Below are positions 43,265 to 55,752 of a stretch of DNA of 64,000 nucleotides, one piece after another. A model generated the notes under the pieces. That model saw only the letters and a list, made by a program, of their open reading frames with translations. It was not told the origin of the DNA and did not search any database. This stretch comes from the human T2T-CHM13v2.0 reference genome, Homo sapiens. The stretch's first letter is position 1, and each line of letters opens with the position of its first letter. Location of the stretch: the NCBI RefSeq assembly GCF_009914755.1, contig NC_060935.1; one strand, 5' to 3'. The position numbers were made by a program, and so were the translations under genes.

Positions 43265-44191
43265 TTTGAAAAGTAATTAATGACAAGGCCAGGACCTGAG
43301 CCTTTCTCTCCACCACCTGCTGAATGCTTTATCCGATACATCATGTGGTTATCCAAGGATTCACTGGCAGTTTTACAGTTTCCAGTTTTTCTGGGTATGC
43401 ATATTCTTTAAGAGCACTTGACTGGTTGCCTGAATTTTCAGTCTTTCTGGACCGCAGTCTTCTTTATAAACTGGGAGAAGAGAACTAAATAATCTCCAAC
43501 ATCCTTTCTAAAGCTAAAACCATATGGGTCTCTGAAACCTGGCTGTACACGCACCAAAGGCAGAAGCCTCGGGTTTTATTTCCTTTGCATCTCTCCTGCA
43601 GCATTTCACACACGGAGAGTACTTAAAGGAATCTGGCTGGCTTTGCCTTGCAGAAGAAGGGAACTGAGATGTCCCTTGCCCTCACTAAGCCCAGTTATGC
43701 ACACGCATGCACACACACCCCACCAGCTTCTCTAGGAAGGAAAAGGAGATAGGAGATAGAGAAGAACCGTGGAGAGCAGAGGCGGCAGATGGAGGCATTC
43801 CTCCGGAGAGGAAGGTTCCCGGAAGACAGGGAGGTAGGAAAAAGAGAGTGGAGACACTTAAGTTGTCTGGGCCAAAGCTGCTCAGAGGATCCATATCTTA
43901 GATTTCATCCTCATGAAATATTCAGTGAGTGCATCCCGGAGCTCCCATGGGTGGCAGAGGCTGCCCTTCCTGGGCATTTCTCTCTGAGTTGGGATCCTGG
44001 GTCCACTTGTCCCTGTGCCTCTCCTGTACCGCCACCCTCATCTTGTTTTCTCATAGTGTTGCTGGCACTGGGCCTCTGTGCTTTGCTGCCTTCTAACTCT
44101 CCATCTGCCTCCCCAGCGGTCTTTCTCAGCATCTGTCCACCCTCTTACTTCTATGCCTACCTCTCTCTCTGCCACTGTCACCCCACCCAAG

Positions 44192-44358
44192 GGTGAGGAT
44201 GCTCCCCTTTGAGGGCACCCCAGTGACATGGGCTTCCATAGCTGTCTTCTGCCATGCCCTCCAGAGTGCCACATGCCTGAGCACAGAGAACCCTCAGGAC
44301 TGCGGGAATGAGACGCCTCGTGCAAAAGAAGAGCGAGACCCACCAGGATGCAGAGAGG
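44192..44358 (+). pseudogene. Pseudo-exon 1 (5' boundary uncertain), Cys-rich
   Basis: ...GFHSCLLPCPPECHMPEH [frameshift] NPQDC...DPPGCRE-g|gtagga; phase 1 joins the next exon to give CREGSLCP. Confidence 0.5.
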
Positions 44359-44580
44359 GTAGGAGCTGGGGGTATAGTTGAGGAGTGGGGAACAGAAAAA
44401 CAGCTCTGGGGGAAGATGCTGGCTTTATGAGACACCTGGGCTGGGCTAGGGCTCAGAAGCCCCCTAATGGGAGAAGAGCACTGTCAGGGGTCCACTTGTG
44501 CCCCTGTGGGATCGTGGGTGACCCACCGCTCCTGGAAGCTAAGTCTTAGTCCTAATTACTGCATGGCTGTCCCCCTACAG

Positions 44581-44798
44581 GTAGTCTCTGTCCTAACTCA
44601 CCACCTGCTCCCTGTCCCCCGGGAACTTTCCTGTCCGGAGCAGGACCCCACAATGCCTCCTTCTGCCACCTCTGCCCTCCCAGGTTCTTCAACCCCTGGC
44701 CCGGCCAGGATGCCTGTTTCCCCTGTGGCTCAGAGGCCACCCAGCCAGAGAAGGGCAAGGACACGTGTGTCTGCCGGGGGCCTGGGCGAGTGTTCCAA
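44581..44798 (+). pseudogene. Pseudo-exon 2, ephrin-receptor-like Cys repeat
   Basis: tacag|...caa|gtatgt; open: SLCPNSPPAPCPPGTFLSGAGPHNASFCHLCPPRFFNPWPGQDACFPCGSEATQPEKGKDTCVCRGPGRVFQ. Confidence 0.9.
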
Positions 44799-44921
44799 GT
44801 ATGTCCTCTGGCAGGGGGGCCCAAGGACAGGCTGCGTTTCCAGGACTGTTTTGGTCTCAAGTCAAACTCGGCTCAGGTGTAACTTGACCAGGGTTGGCTC
44901 AGGTTTCCAAGTGACTTGGGG

Positions 44922-45090
44922 ATAGGGTTGCCAGATAAAATACAGGGTACCCAGTTAAACTTGAATTTCAGATAAATAACAAACTTTTTTTTAGTCTTGC
45001 ATGGGACATAGTTATACCAAAAAAAAAAATTGTCTAAAATTCAAATTTAACTGGGTGACCTGTGTTTTCATTTGCTAAATCTGGCTCGCC
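44922..45090. mobile_element. MER53-like palindromic DNA transposon (intronic)
   Basis: agggttgccagataaaatacagg..cccagttaaa..gaatttcag / aaattcaaatttaactggg..cctgt..atctggc inverted arms. Confidence 0.8.
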
Positions 45091-45463
45091 TTCTCCAAGA
45101 AAATGACAGACTTTATGTTGCTTTTTGCCACGATCACTTCCAAAACACATCCTAGCCCAAGCCCTTCCAACTTGAACGTTCTCTGCAAGCCAACAAATGT
45201 GCATGTGAATTCTTCCTTTGCTGAATGTCTCAAGTCTCTTTTTTTATTGAAATGATAGCACCAGCCAGACCCTTACCAGAACAGGCTGGTCTCCCCCTGA
45301 CTCCTCCCCTGCCCTGTTTATTGCTCATTTCCCCGCCCCTGCCCTTGTCTTCTGGCCCATTTCCAAAAGGGTCACAGCCAAAAACCTGGGCATGGTTCAC
45401 CACAACGAAGTATTAACCAACCAACATGAACCAGCACTCCTCCCTCCCCCTCCCCGCCCCCAG

Positions 45464-45624
45464 CCCAGTGACAGTCGGTACCCCTGCCTCCCGGGCCACC
45501 GAGACTTTGGAGAGCCAATGGGCTGTGTCCAGTGGGAACACAGGAGCTGCAAGGACGGAGCCACTGGAATCAGGAGGGGCTATGTTTGACCAAGGCTCAG
45601 TGGAATGACCACTGTGCCCACGAG
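45464..45624 (+). pseudogene. Pseudo-exon 3 (-1 frameshift ~45563)
   Basis: cccag|PSDSRYPCLPGHRDFGEPMGCVQWEHRSCKDGA[fs]WNQEGLCLTKAQWNDHCAHE|gtagga; 161 nt. Confidence 0.85.
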
Positions 45625-45843
45625 GTAGGAGAATGCCCATCTATTATGTCCTTGGCCTTCCTGCCCCTCCACCCTCCCATTCAAATGTCCACCATTCCAG
45701 CCACTGGGCTCATTCCATTGCCCCTCTCTGGAAATATAGAGGTCAGTACTTTGCACTCTCAGGCAGTTCCTAGAAGCAGCTGGAGAGAATGAGGAAGAGC
45801 TTCCCCAGGGAGGTGTCCCCAAGAAGTTTGAGTCTTTGTGCAG

Positions 45844-46027
45844 GTGTGTGCCACACCAGGAGATGCCCATGGACATGACCCAAGCCCTGGGGCTCTGCCT
45901 GTGCTGGGGACAACAGTCAAGCAGAATGTGCAGCCCTCTGTGCCCAGAGAGACAGAGACACATCTTGCAGCTCAGCTGCCCTGATGGCATCCCACAGATT
46001 TCTGTCACTGAAGGCATGGGGAGTCAG
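45844..46027 (+). pseudogene. Pseudo-exon 4 (+1 frameshift ~45880)
   Basis: tgcag|VCATPGDAHGHD[fs]QALGLCLCWGQQSSRMCSPLCPERQRHILQLSCPDGIPQISVTEGMGSQ|gtacag; 184 nt. Confidence 0.8.
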
Positions 46028-46470
46028 GTACAGTACTCTGAGGTCCTACCTCATGCAGAGCCAGGGCCTGTGACTTCTGCCTCCAAAGAGGGAGCATGCA
46101 GGACATGCCTATGTGCAGGGTCCAGAGGCTGCTGCTGCCTGGCCCACATCACTGGCACCTCACCAACATCAGAGGCTCAGAACCAGAGCAAGGCCCCTTT
46201 GTTGATTTTATTTCATCCTACAAAACTCCTTGAATAAGAGGTCATTGTGTTCATGAAAGAAGAGGGACACTGTCCAAGAGGTCATGACTCCAGGCTGCCC
46301 CTGCCCCATGGAGTTCTTGGAACTATTCCCACCCCCACCTCCCTTGTGTCCTTTCAGGACACTCAGACACAGCTCAGGGAAGGGGCTGTGTTCGCCCTCC
46401 CTTCCTACTGGGCAAGTGTGTGACTCCGTGTCTTGAGGGAAGATCTGACACTGCCTCTTTTCGTTTCCAG

Positions 46471-46576
46471 GATTTTTACCTTCTGGACCAGCCTTCCCCA
46501 CCACGTGCTGTGGGCCATCCCTGCAACTTGGACTTAGGGCAGAAGTCTGTCCCCCTCTATGTGGTCAAGATGGATG
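46471..46576 (+). pseudogene. Pseudo-exon 5
   Basis: ttccag|DFYLLDQPSPPRAVGHPCNLDLGQKSVPLYVVKMD-g|gtaaga. Confidence 0.85.
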
Positions 46577-46882
46577 GTAAGAGAGCTGGACAGATGGAGG
46601 CCACAGGGAGGCCTGTGGCTCGGGACCACACACATGCAAGCCTTGTCCTTACCAGGGCGTGTGCTCTGTCCCATGACCAGAAGCTGAGGTTTGACAGGGC
46701 AACCACTCCCCTAGGGAGGGCTCCCTGAGAACTGCATGCAAATTCTGACCCCCCTCAATGTTTCAGAAAGTTGAAGCTACCACGTGCAAACCAGGCTGAA
46801 CAGCTGCTGATTATATACATGCTCTTGGGAAAACTCTTACCCCGGTCCCTGCAGGGTCAGAGGGAATCCCTGCTTGTTCTAG

Positions 46883-47265
46883 CGCTTGGCTTCCTGGGCC
46901 TGACCAGACCAGATGGTGAGCTACTACACTCCCTAGGCCTTCCCCTCGGGGATCCCAGGTGTCCAGACCAGGATCCAGGTGGGCATCGCAGCTCACCTGT
47001 TGCCCCTCCTATCCCTCCCCTACCCTTCCCAGGTCCCAGCACAAACCCATCTGAAGAGTGGCAGCTCTCCCTCATTCTCTGAATCTTACCTAGGAAAGTC
47101 TAGGGAAGGACATCTGGACTCTTCTTGGTCACTGAGCCTCAACTCCACACATCTTGGGGATCTGCTGCCCCCAGAGCCAGGCATCCGAAACCCCACAGTC
47201 TGCCTCCAAGTCAATGATACCCTGGCCTTCCTGGTGACTCATGAGCATTACCCAGAGTATGACCT
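46883..47265 (+). pseudogene. Pseudo-exon 6 (one frameshifted exon, or two exons)
   Basis: ttctag|ALGFLGLTRPDGELLHSLGL...[frame change]...PEPGIRNPTVCLQVNDTLAFLVTHEHYPEYD-ct|gtgagt. Confidence 0.7.
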
Positions 47266-47377
47266 GTGAGTGTCCAGAGACCACAGCCCCATCATCATGG
47301 AGGCCCTAGAGAGGAAATGCCCCTGCATCAGCCACCACTCCCAAAGGCAACGTATTCCCTCCTTTCTCTCTCCTCAG

Positions 47378-47540
47378 GGGCCACTTCTATAACACACTGG
47401 AGCAATATGACTGGCGGCGCTTCCGGGCCCTGGCTGAGGAGTCCCAGCTCTATGAGCAAAGCCTCAGCCTCTTTCTGCAGCAGTTCCAAAAGCCGGGCAT
47501 TTATGTCTTTCGTCTGAGCAGCAACCGACATCGGAAGATG
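47378..47540 (+). pseudogene. Pseudo-exon 7
   Basis: cctcag|GHFYNTLEQYDWRRFRALAEESQLYEQSLSLFLQQFQKPGIYVFRLSSNRHRKM|gtttgt; phase 2 matches the upstream donor. Confidence 0.88.
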
Positions 47541-47614
47541 GTTTGTCTACGATAATTTGCCTCATTTAAGACATTATCCCATTATTTCCCCTCTCTTTAA
47601 AAAATACTGCTGCA

Positions 47615-47927
<313 letters not shown>

Positions 47928-48539
47928 TCAGACAGATCTGCAGGGAAGGAGATGCCCTGATGTCCCTATCAGTTTCAGGGTCCCACAATGCTAACAGATG
48001 GTCCTGGGATGCCAAAGTTCATTTCACAGCAACCCAGCATGTGCTGTGCAAGGAGGGGAAGGTTGAGAGGATGGGAACACAAGTATGTATTCAGGGACAT
48101 CAATGGCATTGAGCGGCTTAGGACCTCTGGCTATCTCTCCCAATCCTCCACTTTGTCTCCCCCCGACCCCCATCTGCCAAGCCCACCTATGCATGGTTTT
48201 ATCTGTGTGACCTGCACATTGCACCACCACACTGATCCAGGTGTGCTGTTAGTGCCACACACAGCATTTAGTATCTCCCTGTCAGCACAACATCCAAGAG
48301 GTTTTACTGGCTTAGTCCCAGAACATGCACACAGCTCCCTCATACAGATAGTCATCTGATTTGAGTCATCTGATGTGAACAAGTTTCCCAGGAAAACTCT
48401 GATTCTGCCTCCCAGTCCCCAGGTTTACACAGTCATCCAACTATTTGGTCGATGTTGGCCGGCGTGGGTCCCACTCTGTCTTGTGGCCAGTCTCTGGCAG
48501 ACAGTGGGACAAAGACTGAACAGACTTCTTTCCATCCAT

Positions 48540-48707
48540 TATGTCCGGGCCCTCCCGCCAGGGGGCCAGTGCTGTGGGGAAGGGCCCTTTGCCTCCACAA
48601 CTCCCAGGTATCTCATCCAGACTGGCATCGCCAGGATCCCCCAGGCCCTGAAGAGGTCTGGCTGGCCAGGACTCCTGGGGGAGATTGTGCTGCTCCTGGG
48701 GCTTTGA
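48540..48707 (+). pseudogene. Pseudo-exon 8 (acceptor AG>AT; TGA within the presumptive transmembrane segment)
   Basis: cttctttccatccAT|YVRALPPGGQCCGEGPFASTTPRYLIQTGIARIPQALKRSGWPGLLGEIVLLLGL*|gtaaag. Confidence 0.8.
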
Positions 48708-49539
48708 GTAAAGCCAGACAAGCGACATCTTAACCACTCCACAAGACCACCTCTCCAATCCCCTATAAGTGGGTCTTCCATTCCTGTTTATGATAAGCAT
48801 TCTAATAGTTGCTAAGATGCAAAGGTGACAAAGGTGCAGTTTCAAGCCTCCAGGGCTTGAAACAAATACATGTCAGCAAATATAATGGAGCTAGCTAAAG
48901 CATGTCCAGGGTGCACACCAAGGCAGGAGTTGACTGTTCTCCCTGGAGAGGGTGGAGGTCAGGACAGACTTTCCAGAAGAGTTGATCCCTGAATGAGGTT
49001 TGAAACAGGAGAATTATTAATATAATGTGGTCCCTGTACTACCAGAGGGTTGGTAAGTTGAGGAGGGGGTACGCAGTGGGGAGGAGGAACAGAGATGAGA
49101 AGGGGAGTATTGTGAGCACAGCAAGCACATAGGCATGAAACAACACACATCTCCTCTGGTGACCAAACGGGGTTTCCCATGACTGGAGCTGAGGTGTGAG
49201 GACAAGGATAAGGCTGGAACTGGGAGGGAGACTAAAATGGGATGGCCTCCAGGCCCTGCTAAGAAGTTTGGACTCTAACCCCTAGGCAAGGAATAAGAAC
49301 TTTCAGCAAGTGAGAAAACCTGGTCCAACTTTTATTTGTACTCTAGCAGTAGGGTGGAGGACAGAGATGGATCAGAGGGGGAAAAACGACAGAGACCTAA
49401 ACAATTAGTCCAAGCAAGAGAGGATGAGGTGCTCCCTAACCACGGTGAAGTGCGACCTGTTTCCTTTCAGAGTCTTCAGGAAGGATGCTGCTCCCTCAGC
49501 TCGCCCTTCCCTTCCCACTCCCCATTATGTACTCTGTAG

Positions 49540-49714
49540 ATGCAGTGTCACAGCCTGAGCTGGGCTCGGAAGGCTGCTCCCCACCCCACCTTCAGGAGAC
49601 ATCAGCAAGAATGCAACCTCGATGCCTACACTTCCCCAAGAACTGGGATAATGTCAATAAGGAGAGGCCGATCTCACCAAGACTCTGACGCCCCCAGGGT
49701 TGAGGGGGGTCCTG
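49540..49714 (+). pseudogene. Pseudo-exon 9
   Basis: ctgtag|MQCHSLSWARKAAPHPTFRRHQQECNLDAYTSPRTGIMSIRRGRSHQDSDAPRVEGGP-g|gtgagt. Confidence 0.85.
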
Positions 49715-50366
49715 GTGAGTGACAGGTGGGCTAGAATCCCAGAGGCACCCCCAAATCCAACTAGCCAGCTCCTGCTTCTTTTTTCCATCTTCCAAGATTG
49801 CTCAATTCTCAATTCCTCTTCATTCATCCACTGATTTGCTCAAAAAATCTTTTCTGAGTGGTACTGTATGTCATAACACTGCCGGGCACTAGGCATAGGC
49901 AATATAGAGCAGGAAAGAGACATCTAAACACACTTTCCAAAAGAAACATAGTATAACCGTGTACAAAGCAGCCAAGTTACACAGTGACCAGTACTATCTA
50001 GAGGAGCAAGTTGCAGAAGGTATTTATTGTATGTCACGCTGAAGGGTTCCCCTTCTATCCTTGCTACTCACAGCATGGTCCTCAGACAGCCACACTGGGA
50101 TTTGTTTGTGCTCCTAGAACTTTAATGTAGATATGAATTTCCTGGGGATCTTCTGCTTCAGTAGGTCTTGGATGAGGCCTGAGATTCTGCATTTCTAACA
50201 AATTCCTCAGTAGCACTGATGCTCCTTACCCAAGAACTACACTTTCAGTAGCAAGACTGTGCCTGGACTGTTGAGGCTCTATAGGAAGAAGATGCATGGA
50301 AGATCTGTAGGGAAGCTCATATTTGCATTTCAGGAGGATAATCCTTCTTCCCTCCGACCCCCACAG

Positions 50367-50488
50367 GTGGGAGCTGGGAGGCTGAGGAGCAGGTAGATCT
50401 GGAGTGGTTTGATACAGAGGCCTTCTTTGGAGACTGCCTCAGGCAGTCTCTGTCAGTGACAGCCAAACTCAGCCACACGAAGGAAGAG
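50367..50488 (+). pseudogene. Pseudo-exon 10
   Basis: ccacag|GSWEAEEQVDLEWFDTEAFFGDCLRQSLSVTAKLSHTKEE|gtaact. Confidence 0.88.
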
Positions 50489-51093
50489 GTAACTGGCAGC
50501 TCCAGGCAACACTTCTACCCAAGACTGGAGGAACATGTGGGGCTAGAAAGAGTCTCCTCTTCAGGAGAGTTGGTTATAGGACATAGAGTCCAAAGAATAT
50601 GGAACATAGAGTCCTAAAGGAATCAGAATAAAGGAGAGTATATGGGAAGGGGAGATAGAGGATTTCAGATTAAAATTAGAACTGATTTCATGAAACCTAG
50701 GGCTTCGGACCAGTAATAGGGATTCTACCAAGGCCACCATTGGAGTTCCTTCTCAGATCTCCATCCCTAGTCCTCGGTAGCCCAACTAGGTGAGCAAATT
50801 TATGCCAGTAGATGGCAGGCATTAGAAGCAAAAAGAATACATTAGAAGTCCAAGTACCAAAACTGGGCCAGGGCTTCCCCAGCAGAATGTGCATGCTGAG
50901 ACTGGCTGGGACGAGCCAGTGTCTGTCCTCATTCACTCTTTCCAAGTGTCTGGGTTGGGGGTTGGGGGTTGGGGGGTGGGGTTCTGGAGTCTCTCCAGCT
51001 GTTGGCAGCAGGGGGCGCTGCAATCACAACAGTGAGAGGCTGGGTGGCTCCGGGAACAGAGTTCACACACACTCAATCCACCCTCTCTCACAG

Positions 51094-51219
51094 CTCAAAC
51101 TCCTCTACCTTAAACTTCTGGGTGAAGCCCGTTCTCTCCAGCAGCTGTGGGGAACAAGGCGCTGCCTCCCAGCCTCCGCTAACCGGCTTCTGAGGAGCGT
51201 GCAGAGGGAGCAGCAGCAG
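51094..51219 (+). pseudogene. Pseudo-exon 11
   Basis: tcacag|LKLLYLKLLGEARSLQQLWGTRRCLPASANRLLRSVQREQQQ|gtgggc. Confidence 0.85.
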
Positions 51220-51515
51220 GTGGGCTTGGTTCACGCCTTCCTCTCTGGTCTCTGTGCCCAAACACAACTCCCTCCCCTCACTGAGGTCCAGGCTCCCTCC
51301 CTTAGCACCTCCCCAACCTGTTCCATCTCCCTGGCCCTAAAGCTCTTACCTACAGTTCCCACCATCTCTGGGAATTTCTCATCCCCTTTGCCGCTGCTGC
51401 CATGCCTGTCCAGAATAACTCTGGAGTTCCCAAGGTGAGTGGGGTGTCCCCGAGCTTGCTGTCCCTGGTGGCTGTAGCGCCTGCAGGTGAGCAGGCAGGG
51501 TTGTCTCTGACCCAG

Positions 51516-51712
51516 GCTGCTGAGGCAGCTGCCTGGGCTGCAGAAGAGAAGGCCAGCCGGAGGAGGCACCTGGCAGGCGAGTACGCAGCCAGCCTTCGTC
51601 ACCAACTCAAGCTCCTTCGCCAAAACCTCCTCGGGAGGCAGGAGCAGTGGGCCTCTTTCTGCTCCACGCTGAGGGAGGTTCAGCAGCAGCTGAAAGCACA
51701 GATGGGCTCCAG
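51516..51712 (+). pseudogene. Pseudo-exon 12, coiled coil (alternative same-phase end at 51751)
   Basis: acccag|AAEAAAWAAEEKASRRRHLAGEYAASLRHQLKLLRQNLLGRQEQWASFCSTLREVQQQLKAQMGS-ag|gtcaga. Confidence 0.8.
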
Positions 51713-51887
51713 GTCAGAGAAATCCTCTCCGGCTGGGCAGAACCCAGAAAAGTGTGGATCTGGCCAACCTGGATCAGACTTAGGGAGACATGAAATGGGG
51801 AGGAGAGAATGTGGCTGCAGGGGGTCCCGGAACTGGCCAAAACAAAACGTCCTTTTCCCACCCCTGATTGCTCCTGTGCCCCTGCAG

Positions 51888-52009
51888 GGCAGTTCCCCAG
51901 CTGGACACGGTGCTGGGCCACCTGTCCCAGGTCGTGCTGCAGGAGGGCCACCGCCTGAAGGCCTGGGGCATTCTGGGCACCGGCACTGGGGCGGAGCTAC
52001 TGAGGCCAG
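51888..52009 (+). pseudogene. Pseudo-exon 13
   Basis: ctgcag|AVPQLDTVLGHLSQVVLQEGHRLKAWGILGTGTGAELLRP-g|gtgagc. Confidence 0.88.
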
Positions 52010-52645
52010 GTGAGCTTTGCTTGGGCCTCAGCCAGGGCCCCCCAGGAAACCTGGCCCTGAATCAGGGCAACTAGCCCTGTAGAAACTCCAGTTCCACCCC
52101 CAGACACCCAGCAGGGGAGGAGAGGTAGAAGAGGGCAAAACAGAGCGGACACCCCAAGGTCGGGAGGGGCTTCCCATGCAATGCCTGCCCAAAAGAAGAA
52201 GGAGCCTCGAAAGTGGGAAGAACCAAGGAAGAAACAAAGCCATGGCAAGTCATAGCTTTATAGATCCGGAGGCACTTCCTGAAAATAAAAGCCTGGCAGA
52301 TGAAGGCAAACGGCCAAGTTTGGTAAATGATGAACCTGTCTTGGGGTCTCGCAGGCCTGCTGAGTCCTGGGAATCCCGTAGCCCCCCTGTAGGCTGTTGC
52401 CACCATTTCCCGAGGCTTTTCCAGTCTCTGCCGGCCTGCGCAATGATATCACAATGGCACGTGGAATACTGCTCTGGAGTTAGCAAAGATGAGACCCCTG
52501 CCCCCTCAGGAGCACAATGTCTGTGGAGGCTGGGGAGGAGTTCTCACCAGCTCCTTCCAGTCACCAGCCAAGGGAGTCCCCGCATGTTCCCTCTCCCACC
52601 GGCCCCCAGCCCAGGGCTAAGCAGGCAATGATTGCTTTCCTGCAG

Positions 52646-52870
52646 CCCCAGCAGGCCCTCCTGGTGCTGATGACATCAGTGTGAACCCCGTCACCAAGTT
52701 GATGGTCCCTGGCCCCAACTCCTTGATGCTTCCAGCCAGCGGCCACGCAGGCTCCATACCCCCTGGCTACTTCATCCACCCTGACACTGGGAGGGTGCTG
52801 CCCGAGGCTGGACACCTGGGATATGATCTGCTGAGAGCTACCCTGGTGCCCACTATGGACACCAATGCCG
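52646..52870 (+). pseudogene. Pseudo-exon 14
   Basis: ctgcag|PAGPPGADDISVNPVTKLMVPGPNSLMLPASGHAGSIPPGYFIHPDTGRVLPEAGHLGYDLLRATLVPTMDTNA-g|gtgagc. Confidence 0.9.
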
Positions 52871-53194
52871 GTGAGCCCCTGGCCCACTGACTATCCCCAA
52901 CTCAGCTCTGGGCTTCAGAGATGAGGCAGGGCTTGCTGGGACTCTCAGGAATGAGCTCCCAGGGAGCACAGCACAGGACGCAGGGCTCTCTCCTTGGACA
53001 GTGGGGCTTGGTGACCAGCAGAGTAGTAAATACTTCCTTCCCCTCCTCATCTTGACATTCTTGCTGGATCCAGAAGGTGCCATGAGCTGCATGGTAAAAG
53101 GAGGCAGGTCCCAAGGCCCCTCTGTCCTGCTCTGCAGGGCTGAAGGAGGCTGGTGCATTAAAGGGTACCAACAGCTCCCTGTATCCCTGTCCAG

Positions 53195-53529
53195 GTGGTG
53201 TCCGAACATCAGAAGCTGCCATCCTGCCCTATGTGCCCTACCCAACCAGTCCCACCACAGGTTCCCCTCCAGCCACGCACCTGCCCATCCTGCAGCCAAG
53301 AAGGACGTCCCCGCTGGGGGCTCTCATGACAGACCCCGTCACAGGCATCAGGGTGCCCGTGCTGGCTGTGAATCTGCACCCCCAAACAAGGCAGTGGCTC
53401 ACTCTTGGGAGGACATACTGCAATCCTCTCACCAAGACCTTGGCCCCTCTGGAGATGGGGGGCCCATGGAGGATCCAGTCACAGGAGGCATCTCGCCCAT
53501 CCTGGGAGTCGGGTTGGATGAAAACACAG
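53195..53529 (+). pseudogene. Pseudo-exon 15 (-1 frameshift ~53463)
   Basis: gtccag|GVRTSEAAILPYVPYPTSPTTG...MTDPVTGIRVPVLAVNLHPQTRQWLTLGRTYCNPLTKTLAPLEMGG[fs]MEDPVTGGISPILGVGLDENT-g|gtctcc. Confidence 0.88.
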
Positions 53530-53975
53530 GTCTCCCGGCAGCCCTCAGCATTGTCCTCCCTCGCCCTCCTCCATGCCTGGCCTGGCCTCCCAGTCCCCTT
53601 CCTCTCAGCCCCCTACACCCTCCATGTTCTGATCTGAGCCACAAACTCCACCCACGACCCTCTTTCCACCCTTCATCCTCTCAGCCTCTTACCCCCAACC
53701 TTCCCTCTCCCCTTCCCCATCTCTACTCCAGTGCCCCTGGGGAGGGGAAGAGAAGCAAGGTACTTCTATAAAGTTAATGGACACTTTTCAACCAAAAAGG
53801 ACCATTTCTCCACCTGCCACCACCATGCTCTACCCCCTGCCCCCTCCCTCTCCCCCTCCTCCTTCCCTCCCACAGCTCACTTCCACCCTTGTGCCCTAGT
53901 TCCCCTTATGCCACACCTGCCTACATCCCTGCTGGTTCCCTCTCCCACCTTGCCCCCTTGGTTTCTTTCTTCCAG

Positions 53976-54356
53976 CTCAGCTACTTGTACTGGGAGGGCT
54001 GCGAGATGCTTCGGGGAACCTCTTGCTGCCTGGTGACAGCTTTGTGGAGCCACTGAGCAGGAAGACAGTCCGGCTCCAGGGGGCTTCCTGACGAGAGGGC
54101 CAGACATTGCCCCATATGGGAGGGCCACAGGCCCTGCTGGACACCAATGTGCTAGTGGCCCAGAGGCAAGTGATTGCAGTGCTTCAGCCGTGCCAGGAGA
54201 GTCCAGAGTCGGGTGTACAGGAAACTCTGGAGGCTGCCATTAAGGACATGAGACAGCCACTGGCCTTGACTCTGCACCATGTCCTGCAGCAGGCTCAGAG
54301 GCTGGAGAGGCAGCTGGTGACAGCAGATGACATTGAAGCCAGTGGTGGCAGGATAG
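53976..54356 (+). pseudogene. Pseudo-exon 16 (in-frame TGA at 54089-54091)
   Basis: ttccag|QLLVLGGLRDASGNLLLPGDSFVEPLSRKTVRLQGAS*REGQTLPHMGGPQALLDTNVLVAQRQV...IEASGGRI-g|gtatgg. Confidence 0.9.
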
Positions 54357-55032
54357 GTATGGATGAATCTGGGCCAGAGGCTCTCAGGCCCCGATATCTC
54401 GGGCCCAGAATGACCTGGTGCTTTGATGCTCCTAGGCCCATAAGCTCAGGGACAGGGCTGCAGCCCTACTGGCCATGCACATGCGTGACCAAGGGAAGAG
54501 AGAAGGAACTCCATGACTTCATACCCCGACCCCATGAGTGCTTGACTGCCTCCCTGTCTTAATTTCTTGCCAATGCCATTGAGTTATGTTATGGAGCATA
54601 CATTCTCTTGTTACTTCATGGCTCATGAAACACCACCAACAGGTGCTATGATACCCATTTTAGAGTGGGAAACCTGACATTCAGAGAGTTAAATGAGTTG
54701 CCCAGCTGGGGTCCTCTAGCTGCAAAGCCTGAATCTCCTGAGTCCTCAATCCCTTCTCACCTTCATTCTGCAGCAGTCTTCCACTTCCCACGAATAAACG
54801 CAAGAAAGGAGTTCATCCCAAAACTCCACCTCCCACCGACAGCCCTGATACAAGGAAAGGCAAGGAGAAGTAGGAGTGGCATCTTCCTGGAGTTAATCTC
54901 ACTCATTCTAGAAATTACCCTCTTCCCACAAATAACAACAAAACAAAAAGAACCAGGTCAGAATTGACTTGAGTTTGAAGACCTGCCCCACAATTTATTA
55001 ACTCTTTGACCTTGGGCAAGTTATTAAAACTA

Positions 55033-55384
<352 letters not shown>

Positions 55385-55752
55385 TGTGCATACTTTATAG
55401 CTTGGGTTGTAGGACTGAGTGAAATATAACTTCTACAGAGTCCTGAGTTCAGATTCTGAGGAATGGCAGGTGCTCAAGAACACAAGCCCCCTTCTTTTAG
55501 AAGTTGTTCTCAGCTTCTCAAAAGGTCTGATGCCACTCAATTCCCACTTGCTTCTTCCAAAACAGGCCATTAGGGCATTGTCCTTTCTTCCTTTCTGAAT
55601 TCAGAATGCTAAGTTGAGCCTAAAGAAAACAAATGTAGTGTTTGCAGGGAAGCCTCTCTGGTCAGGGACGTAGTACTTTGAACCTGGAAAGACTTCAGGG
55701 TGATGCTTAACCCGCAACTCCTCCTCTTCACTCCCTCTCCCCCTGGTGTTGG

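Noticed and set aside
53001-53771. 256-aa ORF as a stand-alone gene
   Set aside because: Mostly intron and the wrong frame; only MEDPVTGG...DENTG belongs to the frameshifted pseudo-exon 15.
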